IMG/VR virus record: IMGVR_UViG_3300020470_000011
Coordinates: 1 to 53,488 of that record
Length of the DNA stretch: 53,488 nucleotides
Source: a virus
Taxonomy: Duplodnaviria; Caudoviricetes
Reading direction: 5' to 3' (one strand)
This document shows, piece after piece, positions 37,934 through 47,283 of this stretch. The position numbers and the translations under genes are program-made. The notes beneath the pieces are model-generated. The model was not told where the DNA came from. It saw only the letters and a program-made list of their open reading frames with translations, and searched no databases. The first letter of the stretch is position 1; each line of letters opens with the position of its first letter.

Positions 37934-38915
37934 GACCTTAGTATTCCCAAAAAGTAAACCAATTGGAGTGAACTCGGCAAATAGCAGAGAAGCTATTCGT
38001 GGAGAAGCAGCCTTTCCAACTAGGGTTATAGACTACCTTAAATTAGATATTTATAGTCATGAACAGAATACTATCCAAGACACTATCTTTCTCTATTTAC
38101 CCAAACAGTTAAGTGAAGACTATCAAGTCCAATATCAGAAAGTAACATTAGGTCCAGCAGGTGCTCAAGCAATAGGTATGGCAGGTGCTGCTATTGATGC
38201 AGGTGGTATAGGAGAAGGTTTTGGTCAACAAATTGAAGCATTCGCAAAAGCAGCAAAACCAGCATTAGGTTTCTCTGCAGGTAGTAAAGCAATTAATACA
38301 GCAATTGGTCTTACAGGTCAAGCAGCAGGTGGTCTTGATACTAATAGTCTTGCAGCATTAACCACAAAAAGAGTTTTCAACCCATACGAAGAAGCAGTCT
38401 TCCAGGGTACAGATTTCCGTTTAAGGTCATTTAAATTCGATTTGGTACCAAAAAGTGCTGATGATGTATCAGTAATATACGAAATCGTCCATAAGCTACG
38501 ACTCGCATTGCTACCAGGTAAAGATGGCCAGAATTGGTTAACCCTCCCTGAATATTTCCGTATCTCTATTGTTAGATACTCTGATAATGGTATAAATGAG
38601 ACTATCACCAACCCTCAAACTGGTGGTCGAGGTGGTGTATTAAACGCATTAATGCAATTCCCAACTAAACTAGTATTGAAGAATTTAGGATTGAATTTGG
38701 CACCTCAGGGTAACTACAGTAGTATTCAATCATGGTCTCCAGGTAACCAAATGACCGACTTTGGTCCTACTGCATATTCTATGCAACTTGATTTCCAAGA
38801 AACATCCTTCCTTACCAAGGAATCCTTTGGAATCGACTCATCAACAAATAATGGGTATTTTAATTATGAGAATAGTGGTCCAACACCACCAGTACAAACC
38901 TTTGTTCAAGCGTAA
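37932..38915 (+). CDS. gp48: baseplate tail-tube cap
   Basis: FLYLP, FNPYEEAVFQG..LRSFKFDLVPKS..LDFQE. Confidence 0.8.
   Translation: MTLVFPKSKPIGVNSANSREAIRGEAAFPTRVIDYLKLDIYSHEQNTIQDTIFLYLPKQLSEDYQVQYQKVTLGPAGAQAIGMAGAAIDAGGIGEGFGQQIEAFAKAAKPALGFSAGSKAINTAIGLTGQAAGGLDTNSLAALTTKRVFNPYEEAVFQGTDFRLRSFKFDLVPKSADDVSVIYEIVHKLRLALLPGKDGQNWLTLPEYFRISIVRYSDNGINETITNPQTGGRGGVLNALMQFPTKLVLKNLGLNLAPQGNYSSIQSWSPGNQMTDFGPTAYSMQLDFQETSFLTKESFGIDSSTNNGYFNYENSGPTPPVQTFVQA
38048..38055 (-). promoter_or_regulatory. late promoter for the gp4 operon (inside gp48)
   Basis: Exact TATAAATA on the minus strand about 115 nt before the gp4 ATG. Confidence 0.5.
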
Positions 38916-39778
38916 TGTCTAATTATTTCTCATATCTACCAAATGTCTATACTAGGTCATCTAGTTATAGGTCAAATAATGTAGATCCTTATGTTTTATC
39001 GAAAAATATCTTTAGACGCATCAAAATACGTGAAGAGTTAGATGACGTTATTTTAGGGTTTTCGCAATATACCATTAAAAACAACCAAAGACCAGATCAA
39101 GTAGCAAAAGAGTTTTACGGTGATGACCAATATGACTGGGTTGTCCTTCTTTGTAACAATATACTGAATCTTTACGAAGAATGGCCTATGACTGAATTGG
39201 AGCTAGAAAACTATATTGACAGTGAATATGGCACTCAGCAAGATTCAGTGCATCACTGGGTTACTCAAAAAATCACAGATTCTAAAGGTAGAACCCTATT
39301 AAAAGATGGCATCCAAGTGCCAGAAAACTTCACTTATAGGAGACCAGACGGAACTGTGGTAGAAAAGGCAGATACCGTTAGACCCATATCTGTCTATGAT
39401 TACGAAAGTGAGAAAAATGAGTATAAACGCAATATTTACCTTTTGAGGAAAGATTACCTAACTGGGTTTGTAGAGGAATTTAGCACTTTGGTCAAATATC
39501 TTCCAAATGGCGAAATAGACGATGAAACCAATACTAAGAGATCTCGAAATACCATCGAAGAGAAGTTTCAGACCGTTAAACCGACTTATAGCACAAATAT
39601 CGGTCAGACAAGTTCTATCGATTTTGCTGTAGAGCAAGATTACTCATCTAGGACATTTGCTATCGGTGGTCAGGTTATTAGTGAAGGTGATGTATTAGCA
39701 GATGGCAGCACAGTAGCTACAACCACAGCAGGGTCAACCGACCTCACGACCACAACTAACCAATATGGCACAGGATAG
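38915..39778 (+). CDS. gp53: baseplate wedge subunit
   Basis: YFSYLPN, RPDQVAKEFYGD..YDWVVLLCNNI..EWP. Confidence 0.9.
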   Translation: MSNYFSYLPNVYTRSSSYRSNNVDPYVLSKNIFRRIKIREELDDVILGFSQYTIKNNQRPDQVAKEFYGDDQYDWVVLLCNNILNLYEEWPMTELELENYIDSEYGTQQDSVHHWVTQKITDSKGRTLLKDGIQVPENFTYRRPDGTVVEKADTVRPISVYDYESEKNEYKRNIYLLRKDYLTGFVEEFSTLVKYLPNGEIDDETNTKRSRNTIEEKFQTVKPTYSTNIGQTSSIDFAVEQDYSSRTFAIGGQVISEGDVLADGSTVATTTAGSTDLTTTTNQYGTG

Positions 39779-39806
39779 GTATTTTTACTTATCGACCCTA
39801 CAGGAC

Positions 39807-39838
39807 AAAAAAATACCCCCGATTTTTTCGGGGGTTTT
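39807..39838. terminator. bidirectional intrinsic terminator
   Basis: ACCCCCGA-5 nt-TCGGGGGT stem flanked by A-run and T-run between convergent genes. Confidence 0.8.
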
Positions 39839-39864
39839 GCTTGATCAAAAAGTCGAATAATATA

Positions 39865-40191
39865 TCAATGTCTTCTACCTCTGCATGGTTCCCACTGGAG
39901 GTGGTCACGATGCTCATAGTAACCAGGGATGTATTGGTTTGAACTTCCAAGGTAATGACCTGGAATCCAGTATTTCCTGCTTACTACCACTTCACACATT
40001 CTACGTCTAGGACGTGGACGGTGGTGATGGTGGTCATATCTCCAATCATGCCAGTGTCCTGACCCGTGATCGTGTCCATGATGGTAGGATTCTGCAAAAG
40101 GCTCCCAGAATTCCTTCCAAGTTAGTGCTTCTGCTTTCGCAGGTGCGAGTGGCAGAAACACAAGTGGGAGCATTAGCAGAAACTTTTTCAT
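39865..40191 (-). CDS. secreted His-rich protein
   Basis: Signal peptide MKKFLLMLPLVFLPLAPAKA; His cluster; YWIPGHY/YIPGYY repeats. Confidence 0.7.
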   Translation of the reverse strand: MKKFLLMLPLVFLPLAPAKAEALTWKEFWEPFAESYHHGHDHGSGHWHDWRYDHHHHRPRPRRRMCEVVVSRKYWIPGHYLGSSNQYIPGYYEHRDHLQWEPCRGRRH

Positions 40192-41105
40192 TAGTCCTCG
40201 TTAGCGAGAGCAGCGAAGTAAGAAAGGTCTGGTGATTCACCCGACTCTTCTATTTCTTCTATCTTAGCACCAAACCCACTCTTTTGTGGGGGTGTAGGGT
40301 CCGCTTTAACAACTGGACTAGTCAGAGGTACCAAATCCTCATCTTCCTCTGTCTGGACTACAGGTCTAGTGGACTTATTAAGTACCAAATTCAGACGTGC
40401 TGATAGTTCTTCATAGGATTTGAAGTTCTTGAGGTCAGTAAACTCTTTAAGAGAATACTGTGACTTCCAGACCTTCTCAAGTGCTTCATCATCTAGTCCA
40501 CCTGCAACAGATGGTGCATCAAACTCACTCTTGTCATAATTCCAGTAACCACCGATTGTTTGAATCTTAATCTTGAAGTTAGCACCCTTCCATAGATCAA
40601 ATGGATTGATGGGAGTCTCATCTTCAAACTGTGGTTGCATCGCTGATGCAATTTTATCATGAATCTTCTTCCCATACTTGTATAGGAATACTTTACCCTC
40701 ATTCTCTGGGTGAAGTTGATCTTTAATAACAAGAATGTTACTGTAATAAGAAAGCTTACGCTTCTGCTTACGTGCAGTGTCCTTGTCAGCATCTAGTCCA
40801 CTATTCCATAGTGTCCTATTCAATTCTCCAACTGGATCCTTCTGGTTGAGAGTAGTGAGAGAATTCTCAATGTACCAACCACCTGGTCCTTGGAATGCGT
40901 GACTCCATACCTGTGCCCAAGGGAGATCTTCTCCATCTGGTTCAGGAAGGAAACGAATAACGGCATAACCGTTACCACTCTTGTCTACCTCTGGTTTCCA
41001 GAGTCTTTCATCTGGACCACGCCCCTGAGGCTTGGACATGTTTTCAATCTGTTGTGTAAGCTTAGCAAACTTACCAGACTTGCTCTTTAATGATGCGAAT
41101 GACAT
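40191..41105 (-). CDS. gp32: single-stranded DNA-binding protein
   Basis: DERLWKP..GNGYAVIRFLP..YGKKI..GANFK..NYDKSEF; acidic tail. Confidence 0.96.
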   Translation of the reverse strand: MSFASLKSKSGKFAKLTQQIENMSKPQGRGPDERLWKPEVDKSGNGYAVIRFLPEPDGEDLPWAQVWSHAFQGPGGWYIENSLTTLNQKDPVGELNRTLWNSGLDADKDTARKQKRKLSYYSNILVIKDQLHPENEGKVFLYKYGKKIHDKIASAMQPQFEDETPINPFDLWKGANFKIKIQTIGGYWNYDKSEFDAPSVAGGLDDEALEKVWKSQYSLKEFTDLKNFKSYEELSARLNLVLNKSTRPVVQTEEDEDLVPLTSPVVKADPTPPQKSGFGAKIEEIEESGESPDLSYFAALANED

Positions 41106-41149
41106 TAGTATTTGTCTCCGAAGTTGTATTGTGATATTGCTACTGGATT

Positions 41150-41178
41150 ATAGTAGCATACTATTTAGGCTCTGTCAA
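41150..41178 (-). promoter_or_regulatory. composite sigma70 and late promoter for gp32
   Basis: TTGACA-17 nt-TACTAT with CTAAATA inside the spacer. Confidence 0.65.
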
Positions 41179-41514
41179 GAGCTCGTTTCTCCACCCTCTG
41201 AGCTTAGATTCCATCTGGTCTAGCACCATGGTAAGGTTGAGTCCACCACTATACTCTGTGGACATCACCTCTATCCTGTCTTTAATTGCTTTTGCTGATT
41301 CATCATCTTGTAACTCATTTGCTGCAAGTTGTAACCGTGCATAGAATACCTTCTGCTTCGCTACTAACTCCAGAGTCTTCTCAATGTGATCCAACCTCTC
41401 TTTAGGAGAAAATTCTTTAAGACCAGCAGACATCTTTAGAAGCTGAGTATAGCACTCCTGTATCTCTTCTAATTCTCTCTTGACTACCTCAGATTCAAAA
41501 AACATATCCGTCAT
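41161..41514 (-). CDS. DUF1825-like protein
   Basis: FFESEVVK.EL..KQKVFYARL. Confidence 0.7.
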   Translation of the reverse strand: MTDMFFESEVVKRELEEIQECYTQLLKMSAGLKEFSPKERLDHIEKTLELVAKQKVFYARLQLAANELQDDESAKAIKDRIEVMSTEYSGGLNLTMVLDQMESKLRGWRNELLTEPK

Positions 41515-41756
41515 AGTTTTAAAACTCCTCTACTTGTACGTTTAATGTAGTTTAATTGTTGTGCGTCCCATTTAATCTTATCCTTGAGTGGTTTAGAGAT
41601 GAGTTTGTTAACAGTCTCAACTTCTATCTCATACTCTTCACATACTGATGCGACACCTTCGATATAATTTATAAGACCTTGACTCTCCTTCACCCTGTCT
41701 TCAACAAGGGAAGTAAACTTACCTTGTGTCATAAATTTCTCCTCAATTTCTTTCAT
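41511..41756 (-). CDS. gp33: late-promoter transcription coactivator
   Basis: KLISKPLKDKIKWDAQQLNYIKRTSR. Confidence 0.88.
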   Translation of the reverse strand: MKEIEEKFMTQGKFTSLVEDRVKESQGLINYIEGVASVCEEYEIEVETVNKLISKPLKDKIKWDAQQLNYIKRTSRGVLKL

Positions 41757-42414
41757 TATTATCCTCCCAATAAGTTTTTATCCACTCAATGAGAGTATCA
41801 ATATAGGGTATTTTATCATACTTTTGAGCAACTTGTATAGTGCCATCCTCTGCAACAGATAATGTTACAAGTTTGTCCACCTCTACACCTGTCATCTCAT
41901 AATACATGTAAGCATACGCTGCTTCCTGCACAAAGAATTTCTCTAGGTGCTCCTCTTTCTTAATGTTTTTAGTTGTCTTGAAGTCAATTATAGCAAGCTC
42001 ATTATCAAACTCAGCAATGCAATCAACACGACCAGCAATGCATAGACGCTTAGAAAAAAGAGGGGCTTCAATAGCGTGAATATTACTAATGCGATCAAGA
42101 GTCTCACGAGCAGCCCTAAAAAGGTACGTGGGAAGACCCTTGCTCTCCTCAATTTTTTCCAATTCATTTTTAAGATAATGCTCCACTAAACTATGATATT
42201 GAGACCCTCTCCATGCAGCAGCACGACGGACCTTCTCTGCTTCAGCAAACCCGACTCGTTGCTGCCACTTTAGTATACCATCTTTAGTAGCGTTGCCAAC
42301 CACTGTTGTAACACTTGGCATCCATACATCATCAAGCTTATAGAAACGACCACTGTCGAGTGTCCTGCTAGGTAACTCTTTTATGGGAGCTGCAGGACCA
42401 ACATAATTAAACAT
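41743..42414 (-). CDS. PD-(D/E)XK exonuclease
   Basis: PSVTT, IAGRVDCIAEFD..IIDFKT, Q..AY. Confidence 0.88.
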   Translation of the reverse strand: MFNYVGPAAPIKELPSRTLDSGRFYKLDDVWMPSVTTVVGNATKDGILKWQQRVGFAEAEKVRRAAAWRGSQYHSLVEHYLKNELEKIEESKGLPTYLFRAARETLDRISNIHAIEAPLFSKRLCIAGRVDCIAEFDNELAIIDFKTTKNIKKEEHLEKFFVQEAAYAYMYYEMTGVEVDKLVTLSVAEDGTIQVAQKYDKIPYIDTLIEWIKTYWEDNNERN

Positions 42415-43181
42415 TAATTAAATCCTAGATTGTTTTTAGCGATAAGGTATTCTCTGATGAAACCAGACCTTACGATATCATTGATGTTAAACTCTACCAA
42501 CTCAAAGGATGGCATAGTCTGTGTAATCTTCATGAAGTCTAGCACACCAGTCCTCTCATTAGCCTTAACTAAGTCAGACTGTGAATAATCTCCAGAGAAT
42601 ATAATCCTGCTGTCTTGACCAACACGAGTGACAATACTATCTAACTCGTGGAAGTTTAAGTTAGAGAACTCATCTACTATTATAATAGCCCTGTCAAGGG
42701 TGACACCACGCAAGAAGGAAGTAGACCAGAAGTCTATTGACCCTTGCCCTCTTAGATTATCATATAACATGCGAAATGCTCCTTCATCAGGCATGTTAAA
42801 CATATATCGTACCATATTTCTGTATGGTATTTGATACAAGTCAGACTTATCCTCATGGTCACCAGGTAAGAAACCAATCTCTCTTGTAGGTACAAGAGAC
42901 CTGACCATGAATACCTTAGTGTAAGGAGTGGAAGGGTCTAAGACTGACTTCAATGCTAGGTACAGACTAATGAATGTCTTACCAGTACCTGCAGCACCAT
43001 GTAGAACAAGGTTCTTCCCCTCACCATATGCATTGAATACATTTGTCTGATTGTCTGTTAATGGTTCAATAACCCTGAGATGGTCAAGGTTTATTGGGGG
43101 TTTCTTCTTCATTGCTCTTGATACAGTCCCGTTCCCGTTGCCGTTCCCGTTTCCATTCGTTTTCTTCTTTCTTGCTGGCAT
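42414..43181 (-). CDS. phoH: PhoH-family ATPase
   Basis: GAAGTGKT, IGFLPG, RGVTLD, IIVDE, DIVRSG. Confidence 0.95.
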   Translation of the reverse strand: MPARKKKTNGNGNGNGNGTVSRAMKKKPPINLDHLRVIEPLTDNQTNVFNAYGEGKNLVLHGAAGTGKTFISLYLALKSVLDPSTPYTKVFMVRSLVPTREIGFLPGDHEDKSDLYQIPYRNMVRYMFNMPDEGAFRMLYDNLRGQGSIDFWSTSFLRGVTLDRAIIIVDEFSNLNFHELDSIVTRVGQDSRIIFSGDYSQSDLVKANERTGVLDFMKITQTMPSFELVEFNINDIVRSGFIREYLIAKNNLGFN

Positions 43182-43183
43182 AA

Positions 43184-43414
43184 TTAAGTAAACCTCGAAA
43201 GGTTAGCACGTGGGTGTTGTTCTTGGACTTTACTCATTACTTCTTTGAATCCATCCGATTGCTTGGGATCTCCATATGTTACTCCACCAGTCCCTGCGGA
43301 CCAGTCTTTATCCCAGTCGGGATTATCCCTTCTCCATTCGTCATAAGCTTTCATGGACATAGAGAGTTCTTTTTTCTCTCCAGTAGATTTATTTATAACA
43401 GGGTATGTTGGCAT
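43184..43414 (-). CDS. conserved hypothetical phage protein
   Basis: MPTYPVINKSTGE...GFKEVMSKV; TAATG coupling to thyX. Confidence 0.75.
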   Translation of the reverse strand: MPTYPVINKSTGEKKELSMSMKAYDEWRRDNPDWDKDWSAGTGGVTYGDPKQSDGFKEVMSKVQEQHPRANLSRFT

Positions 43415-44121
43415 TAGTCTATCCTTAAACATGGTTGTGTGTCACCCCAGTCATTATCATAACGACAATCACAGTCATCAACATCAGGACACCATCCTAG
43501 TGCCTTAGATATAGTGGGGAAGTTACAGATGAAGTGGTCACGACATAGGTTTGCTATGTCCATGTGCTCCTTCTGTGTGCCATGACCTGTGCGTAGTTGG
43601 ATGTAATGCATCCATGACCTTGCACTACCAGTCATGTATATCCTAGTGGGTGTTGCTAGAGGGAGAACAAACCTCGCACACTCCTTCGCAATGCCCTTAG
43701 ATAATAGTTCACTGTATAAGTCCATCCCTTCTTGGAAGTATTGCGAAATTCGGCCTTGTAAGAACGCCTTCTCGGTTTCGTCGATGTCATCTATACTATT
43801 CTGTCTATTCTTGGTGTCCTGTCTCCTTAGGTCTGGCACCTCTGGTTTCTCAAGAAGATTAGCGTCAGCATATCTCTGACTGAACTCTTGGAATGTGAAG
43901 CTACGATGCCTCAGTATTTGAGCTGCAATACCACGAGTGGTATTAATCTCTAAGGTCATGTGTGCTTGCTCGAAGATAGACCAGTGTCCATGCTCTATAC
44001 AATACTTTAAAAGACCAGCAACCTTAGGGTTGTCTTGGTTGTTTGGATTGGATACTCTTGCGACATATCCTATAGTTTTTTCTGCGTCTGGTGTGACGCT
44101 TACTAAACATACTTTAGTCAT
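43414..44121 (-). CDS. thyX: flavin-dependent thymidylate synthase
   Basis: HWSIFE, RHRSFTFQEFSQRY, E.ARFVLP. Confidence 0.96.
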   Translation of the reverse strand: MTKVCLVSVTPDAEKTIGYVARVSNPNNQDNPKVAGLLKYCIEHGHWSIFEQAHMTLEINTTRGIAAQILRHRSFTFQEFSQRYADANLLEKPEVPDLRRQDTKNRQNSIDDIDETEKAFLQGRISQYFQEGMDLYSELLSKGIAKECARFVLPLATPTRIYMTGSARSWMHYIQLRTGHGTQKEHMDIANLCRDHFICNFPTISKALGWCPDVDDCDCRYDNDWGDTQPCLRID

Positions 44122-44281
44122 ACCAATGTCTGATTACTCCGCTAACGATAAAACAATTAGTAATGAGATAAGAAAGGAATATAATAGTCCGTACGATAAC
44201 AACGTGGTTGTCGTAGCGTTTAGTTCTTTCGTCAGAGAAACTACCCAACGCATACTTCCATATCCTCCACCATCTAGTCAT
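44114..44281 (-). CDS. small membrane protein (55 aa)
   Basis: Hand-translated MTRWWRIWKYALGSFSDERTKRYDNHVVIVRTIIFLSYLITNCFIVSGVIRHWYD. Confidence 0.7.
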   Translation of the reverse strand: MTRWWRIWKYALGSFSDERTKRYDNHVVIVRTIIFLSYLITNCFIVSGVIRHWYD

Positions 44282-44519
44282 TCTTCTTCAAAAGAATACG
44301 AGAGACTACATAGAGTCCCATTGCTGACCAGTAACCTAAGACAGGTAGTCCAAAGATGCCTGGTATACATAGATTCCATACTAACATAAGAACCAAGGGA
44401 GATACAAATAGATTAGCGATTGCTGTTGTTGCTTGCTTACCCATCTCTATATTCTTTTCATCCTCTGTCATTTCCTCGACAGGTTTAGATGCCTTACGAG
44501 GGTCAAAATATACTGTCAT
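44274..44519 (-). CDS. small membrane protein
   Basis: Two hydrophobic segments. Confidence 0.7.
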   Translation of the reverse strand: MTVYFDPRKASKPVEEMTEDEKNIEMGKQATTAIANLFVSPLVLMLVWNLCIPGIFGLPVLGYWSAMGLYVVSRILLKKND

Positions 44520-45061
44520 TCTATAATGTCCTCCAACTTGAATAGTGATAGAAATTCTATCTTATTATGATCCCATATCTCATGGTCATCCATACGATCT
44601 ACAATAGCAACTACCCTATTAACTGTGTAACCTGCACCACGTAGGACATTAACTGCCTTCATAGCACTACCTCCAGTGGTAGTTACATCCTCTAGGACAG
44701 TTACAACTGACCCTTTAGGTGGTTTGTTACCTTCAATGACTTCCTTTGTACCATATCCTTTAGGATTCTTCCTAACAATTAGAGCATCGATGTTACCACC
44801 CTTATAGAATGCTCTCTGTGCTACTCCAACAACCAATGGGTCTCCACCTAGAGTAAGACCACCAACTGCTACTGACTTAGGGTCTAGCATCTTTACCATC
44901 AAGGATGATAGGAGTGCATTACCTTCACATGATAGAGTAACAGGTTTGCAATTAATATAATGCTCTGACTCTTTACCTGAAGACAATACATACTGACCCT
45001 TCTTATACGCTTTCTCCTTTAATAGATTGAGTAGAGTCTCCTTATGAATAGTATCTGTCAT
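44516..45061 (-). CDS. pyrE: orotate phosphoribosyltransferase
   Basis: LSSGK.S..Y, VRK..K.YG, VLEDVTTTGGS PRPP loop. Confidence 0.93.
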   Translation of the reverse strand: MTDTIHKETLLNLLKEKAYKKGQYVLSSGKESEHYINCKPVTLSCEGNALLSSLMVKMLDPKSVAVGGLTLGGDPLVVGVAQRAFYKGGNIDALIVRKNPKGYGTKEVIEGNKPPKGSVVTVLEDVTTTGGSAMKAVNVLRGAGYTVNRVVAIVDRMDDHEIWDHNKIEFLSLFKLEDIIE

Positions 45062-45366
45062 TTCTTCTTCCTCTTAGGTGGTGTCATTAAAGGATTGTTA
45101 TACTGACCTGGTGCTCTAGTGCCCTTAGTATAATTCATTTTCTGCATAACATTACCAAGCATATCATAGTATGTGTCATGGATGTCAACAGCGTTGCCCA
45201 TTACTAGGTCAAACCATGTCTCATTATCCTTCTTCAACTCTAGCAAATATGCATTGGTTGGCAACGCTCTATCTTCACCAGCATCAGGAGTGATACCAGT
45301 TGCAATTATAGAACACCCCAATCCTCTGCTGTTAATGTCAGCAACTTGGTCATCGGTTAATTTCAT
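45058..45366 (-). CDS. hypothetical protein
   Basis: 102 aa, coupled ORF. Confidence 0.7.
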   Translation of the reverse strand: MKLTDDQVADINSRGLGCSIIATGITPDAGEDRALPTNAYLLELKKDNETWFDLVMGNAVDIHDTYYDMLGNVMQKMNYTKGTRAPGQYNNPLMTPPKRKKK

Positions 45367-45803
45367 CTACCTCTGCCACCCCATTCAATAGATGGGAATG
45401 CTTCTTGAACTGCTGCCTTAGTGATTCTATATCTCTTATGCAATGTCTTATTGATTGCCTTAACAACTACCTCTGCCTCACTCTCATGAAGACCTTCAAG
45501 TAATTGAATAAACATACTCTCTATCTTCATAGGTTTGAGTGTATCATCACCACCCTTGAAGAAGCGATAGAGTTTCTTTGCCTCCTTCTCTAGGAGTGTG
45601 TGCTCAGTACCTTTTGGTGCCTCATTCTTACGATAAGGTACGTCCTCACCAAGTGGGACAGCAGGTGTCAAACTCTCATCAAAATTCATAATAAACACAG
45701 ACCTTAGAGCAGGAGTGTTATTATCCTGAAGGATCTTCACCTTCTGTGCTTTCGTCTTGGCATTGTGAGCCTTCTGAAGCACTTCAGATATCATTAGTTT
45801 CAT
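45363..45803 (-). CDS. conserved T4-like hypothetical protein
   Basis: ESMFIQLLEGLHESEAE motif. Confidence 0.75.
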   Translation of the reverse strand: MKLMISEVLQKAHNAKTKAQKVKILQDNNTPALRSVFIMNFDESLTPAVPLGEDVPYRKNEAPKGTEHTLLEKEAKKLYRFFKGGDDTLKPMKIESMFIQLLEGLHESEAEVVVKAINKTLHKRYRITKAAVQEAFPSIEWGGRGR

Positions 45804-45806
45804 AGC

Positions 45807-46046
45807 TTACTCGTCTTCATCGTATATTGTATCATCTTCGTCAGTAATACGCAAGTAAAGAAGCTCAGTAGGGTCTACTGGTCCATCTTCTGTTTGCATT
45901 TCAGGGTGCATAACGACAGCAGCATACTCTGCTCTCTCCTTCCACTGGTCGAAGACATCTTTTATGTTCCATGATACCACAAAACCTAAAAGAAAACTAC
46001 CTATAGTTAGGAAGAATGCGATGTATAAAAAAGAAACATCTGCCAT
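45807..46046 (-). CDS. membrane-anchored hypothetical protein
   Basis: N-terminal TM segment, HPEM motif; GGAGGTG RBS. Confidence 0.7.
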   Translation of the reverse strand: MADVSFLYIAFFLTIGSFLLGFVVSWNIKDVFDQWKERAEYAAVVMHPEMQTEDGPVDPTELLYLRITDEDDTIYDEDE

Positions 46047-46069
46047 GGGTAACACCTCCTAACTTTTTT

Positions 46070-46423
46070 TTATTTAGTAGTTTTCTTTGGTCTGCCTGGT
46101 CTACGGTTATCATAATATTCCTGGGCATCATCTATTAGTGATTGGAAATACTTCCTAATCTTTCTCGCTTGTGGTTTGGGGACATTATTATATGCCTCAG
46201 ACATATACTTATCCCTTGCAATGTATTGACTCAACTCACTCACTACTTGATTTAACTCACCCATAGAGGATGAATTAATTAATTCACCTGTCTGTTTGCG
46301 TGTCCACTTAGCAGACGTGAGATAAGTTTTCATATTAAATAGGAATCTCCCATTGAGCATCGCTTCGTCGATTGCTCTGTCAATGATTGTATAGAGTTCC
46401 TCGGAGTTGGCATCCATGTACAT
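46070..46423 (-). CDS. conserved hypothetical protein
   Basis: EAY..PKPQARKIRKY..RRPGRP. Confidence 0.75.
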   Translation of the reverse strand: MYMDANSEELYTIIDRAIDEAMLNGRFLFNMKTYLTSAKWTRKQTGELINSSSMGELNQVVSELSQYIARDKYMSEAYNNVPKPQARKIRKYFQSLIDDAQEYYDNRRPGRPKKTTK

Positions 46424-46680
46424 CAGACGTAAGAATTTTCTCGCAGGTATTTAACAGTTTCAGTGCAACCACCCATCTTATGTCCTGAGATGATTACTTG
46501 AGGGAATGTGGCTGATTGACCAAACTCCTGCTTAAACTGCTCTCTAGTAAAGTTAACATTTAATTTGTATTCTGCATAGCCCCAACCCTTCTGATTGTAA
46601 ACTTCCTTAATCTTTGTGCAGTAAGGGCATCCTTCACGGGTATAAATGGCAGTGTTGCCAGGTCTTTTTGTTTCGGCCAT
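46423..46680 (-). CDS. nrdC: glutaredoxin
   Basis: CPYC, TFPQV, GG motifs. Confidence 0.92.
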   Translation of the reverse strand: MAETKRPGNTAIYTREGCPYCTKIKEVYNQKGWGYAEYKLNVNFTREQFKQEFGQSATFPQVIISGHKMGGCTETVKYLRENSYV

Positions 46681-46699
46681 ATTAATAATAGTAGGAAAG

Positions 46700-46726
46700 A
46701 AAAAAGGGTCTCATTAGAGACCCTTT
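46700..46726 (-). terminator. intrinsic terminator
   Basis: AAAGGGTCTC-4 nt-GAGACCCTTT stem followed by U-tract on the minus strand. Confidence 0.8.
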
Positions 46727-46750
46727 ATTTAGTTATATATTAACCTGCTC

Positions 46751-47140
46751 TTAGAATGTGAATTTCACACCTGCTTTAGCACCCCAGTTAACTAGAGAGT
46801 CACCATTGGAATCTTCATCAGTGATTCCAGACAACTCACCGTAAAGTGAAGTAGCATCAGCAATAGCGTAAGAAAGACCAGCCTTACCAGAGAAGTCAAG
46901 GTCTGTGTCATCAGTTGACTCAGCGTGACTTACAGCAGGACCACCTTGCACGTAGTATGCAAGCTTACCTGTGTCATTTACTCCCTCATATCCAAGATGG
47001 ATATCTGTAGTAGCAGAAGAATACTCTCCGTCAGGGTAAGAAAGGTTGCTCTCAACATTCACATATGGACCAGCAAAAGCTGCACCAGCGAGAAGGAATG
47101 GAGATGCTGCCAAAGCAGCGATTGTTGATTTGATTGACAT
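46751..47140 (-). CDS. small exported outer-membrane beta-barrel-like protein
   Basis: Signal peptide ending AFA; amphipathic beta strands; C-terminal GVKFTF resembling a BAM signal. Confidence 0.75.
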   Translation of the reverse strand: MSIKSTIAALAASPFLLAGAAFAGPYVNVESNLSYPDGEYSSATTDIHLGYEGVNDTGKLAYYVQGGPAVSHAESTDDTDLDFSGKAGLSYAIADATSLYGELSGITDEDSNGDSLVNWGAKAGVKFTF

Positions 47141-47151
47141 GTTTTTGTTTA

Positions 47152-47282
47152 AGTGTCTCGCAATACAAGACTGCGGATGTTACAATCCCTCGACATGGGA
47201 TTGTTTCTTTCGTTACGAGACCTAGCTCAAATTTGCGGAATTCGGAATGTTACGATAGATGAAGCGTCCTTCATCTGAAGAA
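47152..47282 (-). ncRNA. structured 5' leader RNA, probably manA RNA motif
   Basis: Hairpins AGATGAAG/CTTCATCT, ACAATCCC-ATGTCGA-GGGATTGT and CATCCGCAG..TTGCGAGA match my recollection of manA. Confidence 0.65.
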
Positions 47283-47283
47283 G

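Noticed and set aside
41743-42414. Possible Cas4/CRISPR association
   Set aside because: No repeat-spacer array seen and no four-Cys Fe-S pattern; standard T4-like exonuclease next to phoH
43127-43158. CCGTTC-type hexamer repeat
   Set aside because: Encodes a low-complexity (NG)n linker at the PhoH N-terminus; not a CRISPR or regulatory repeat
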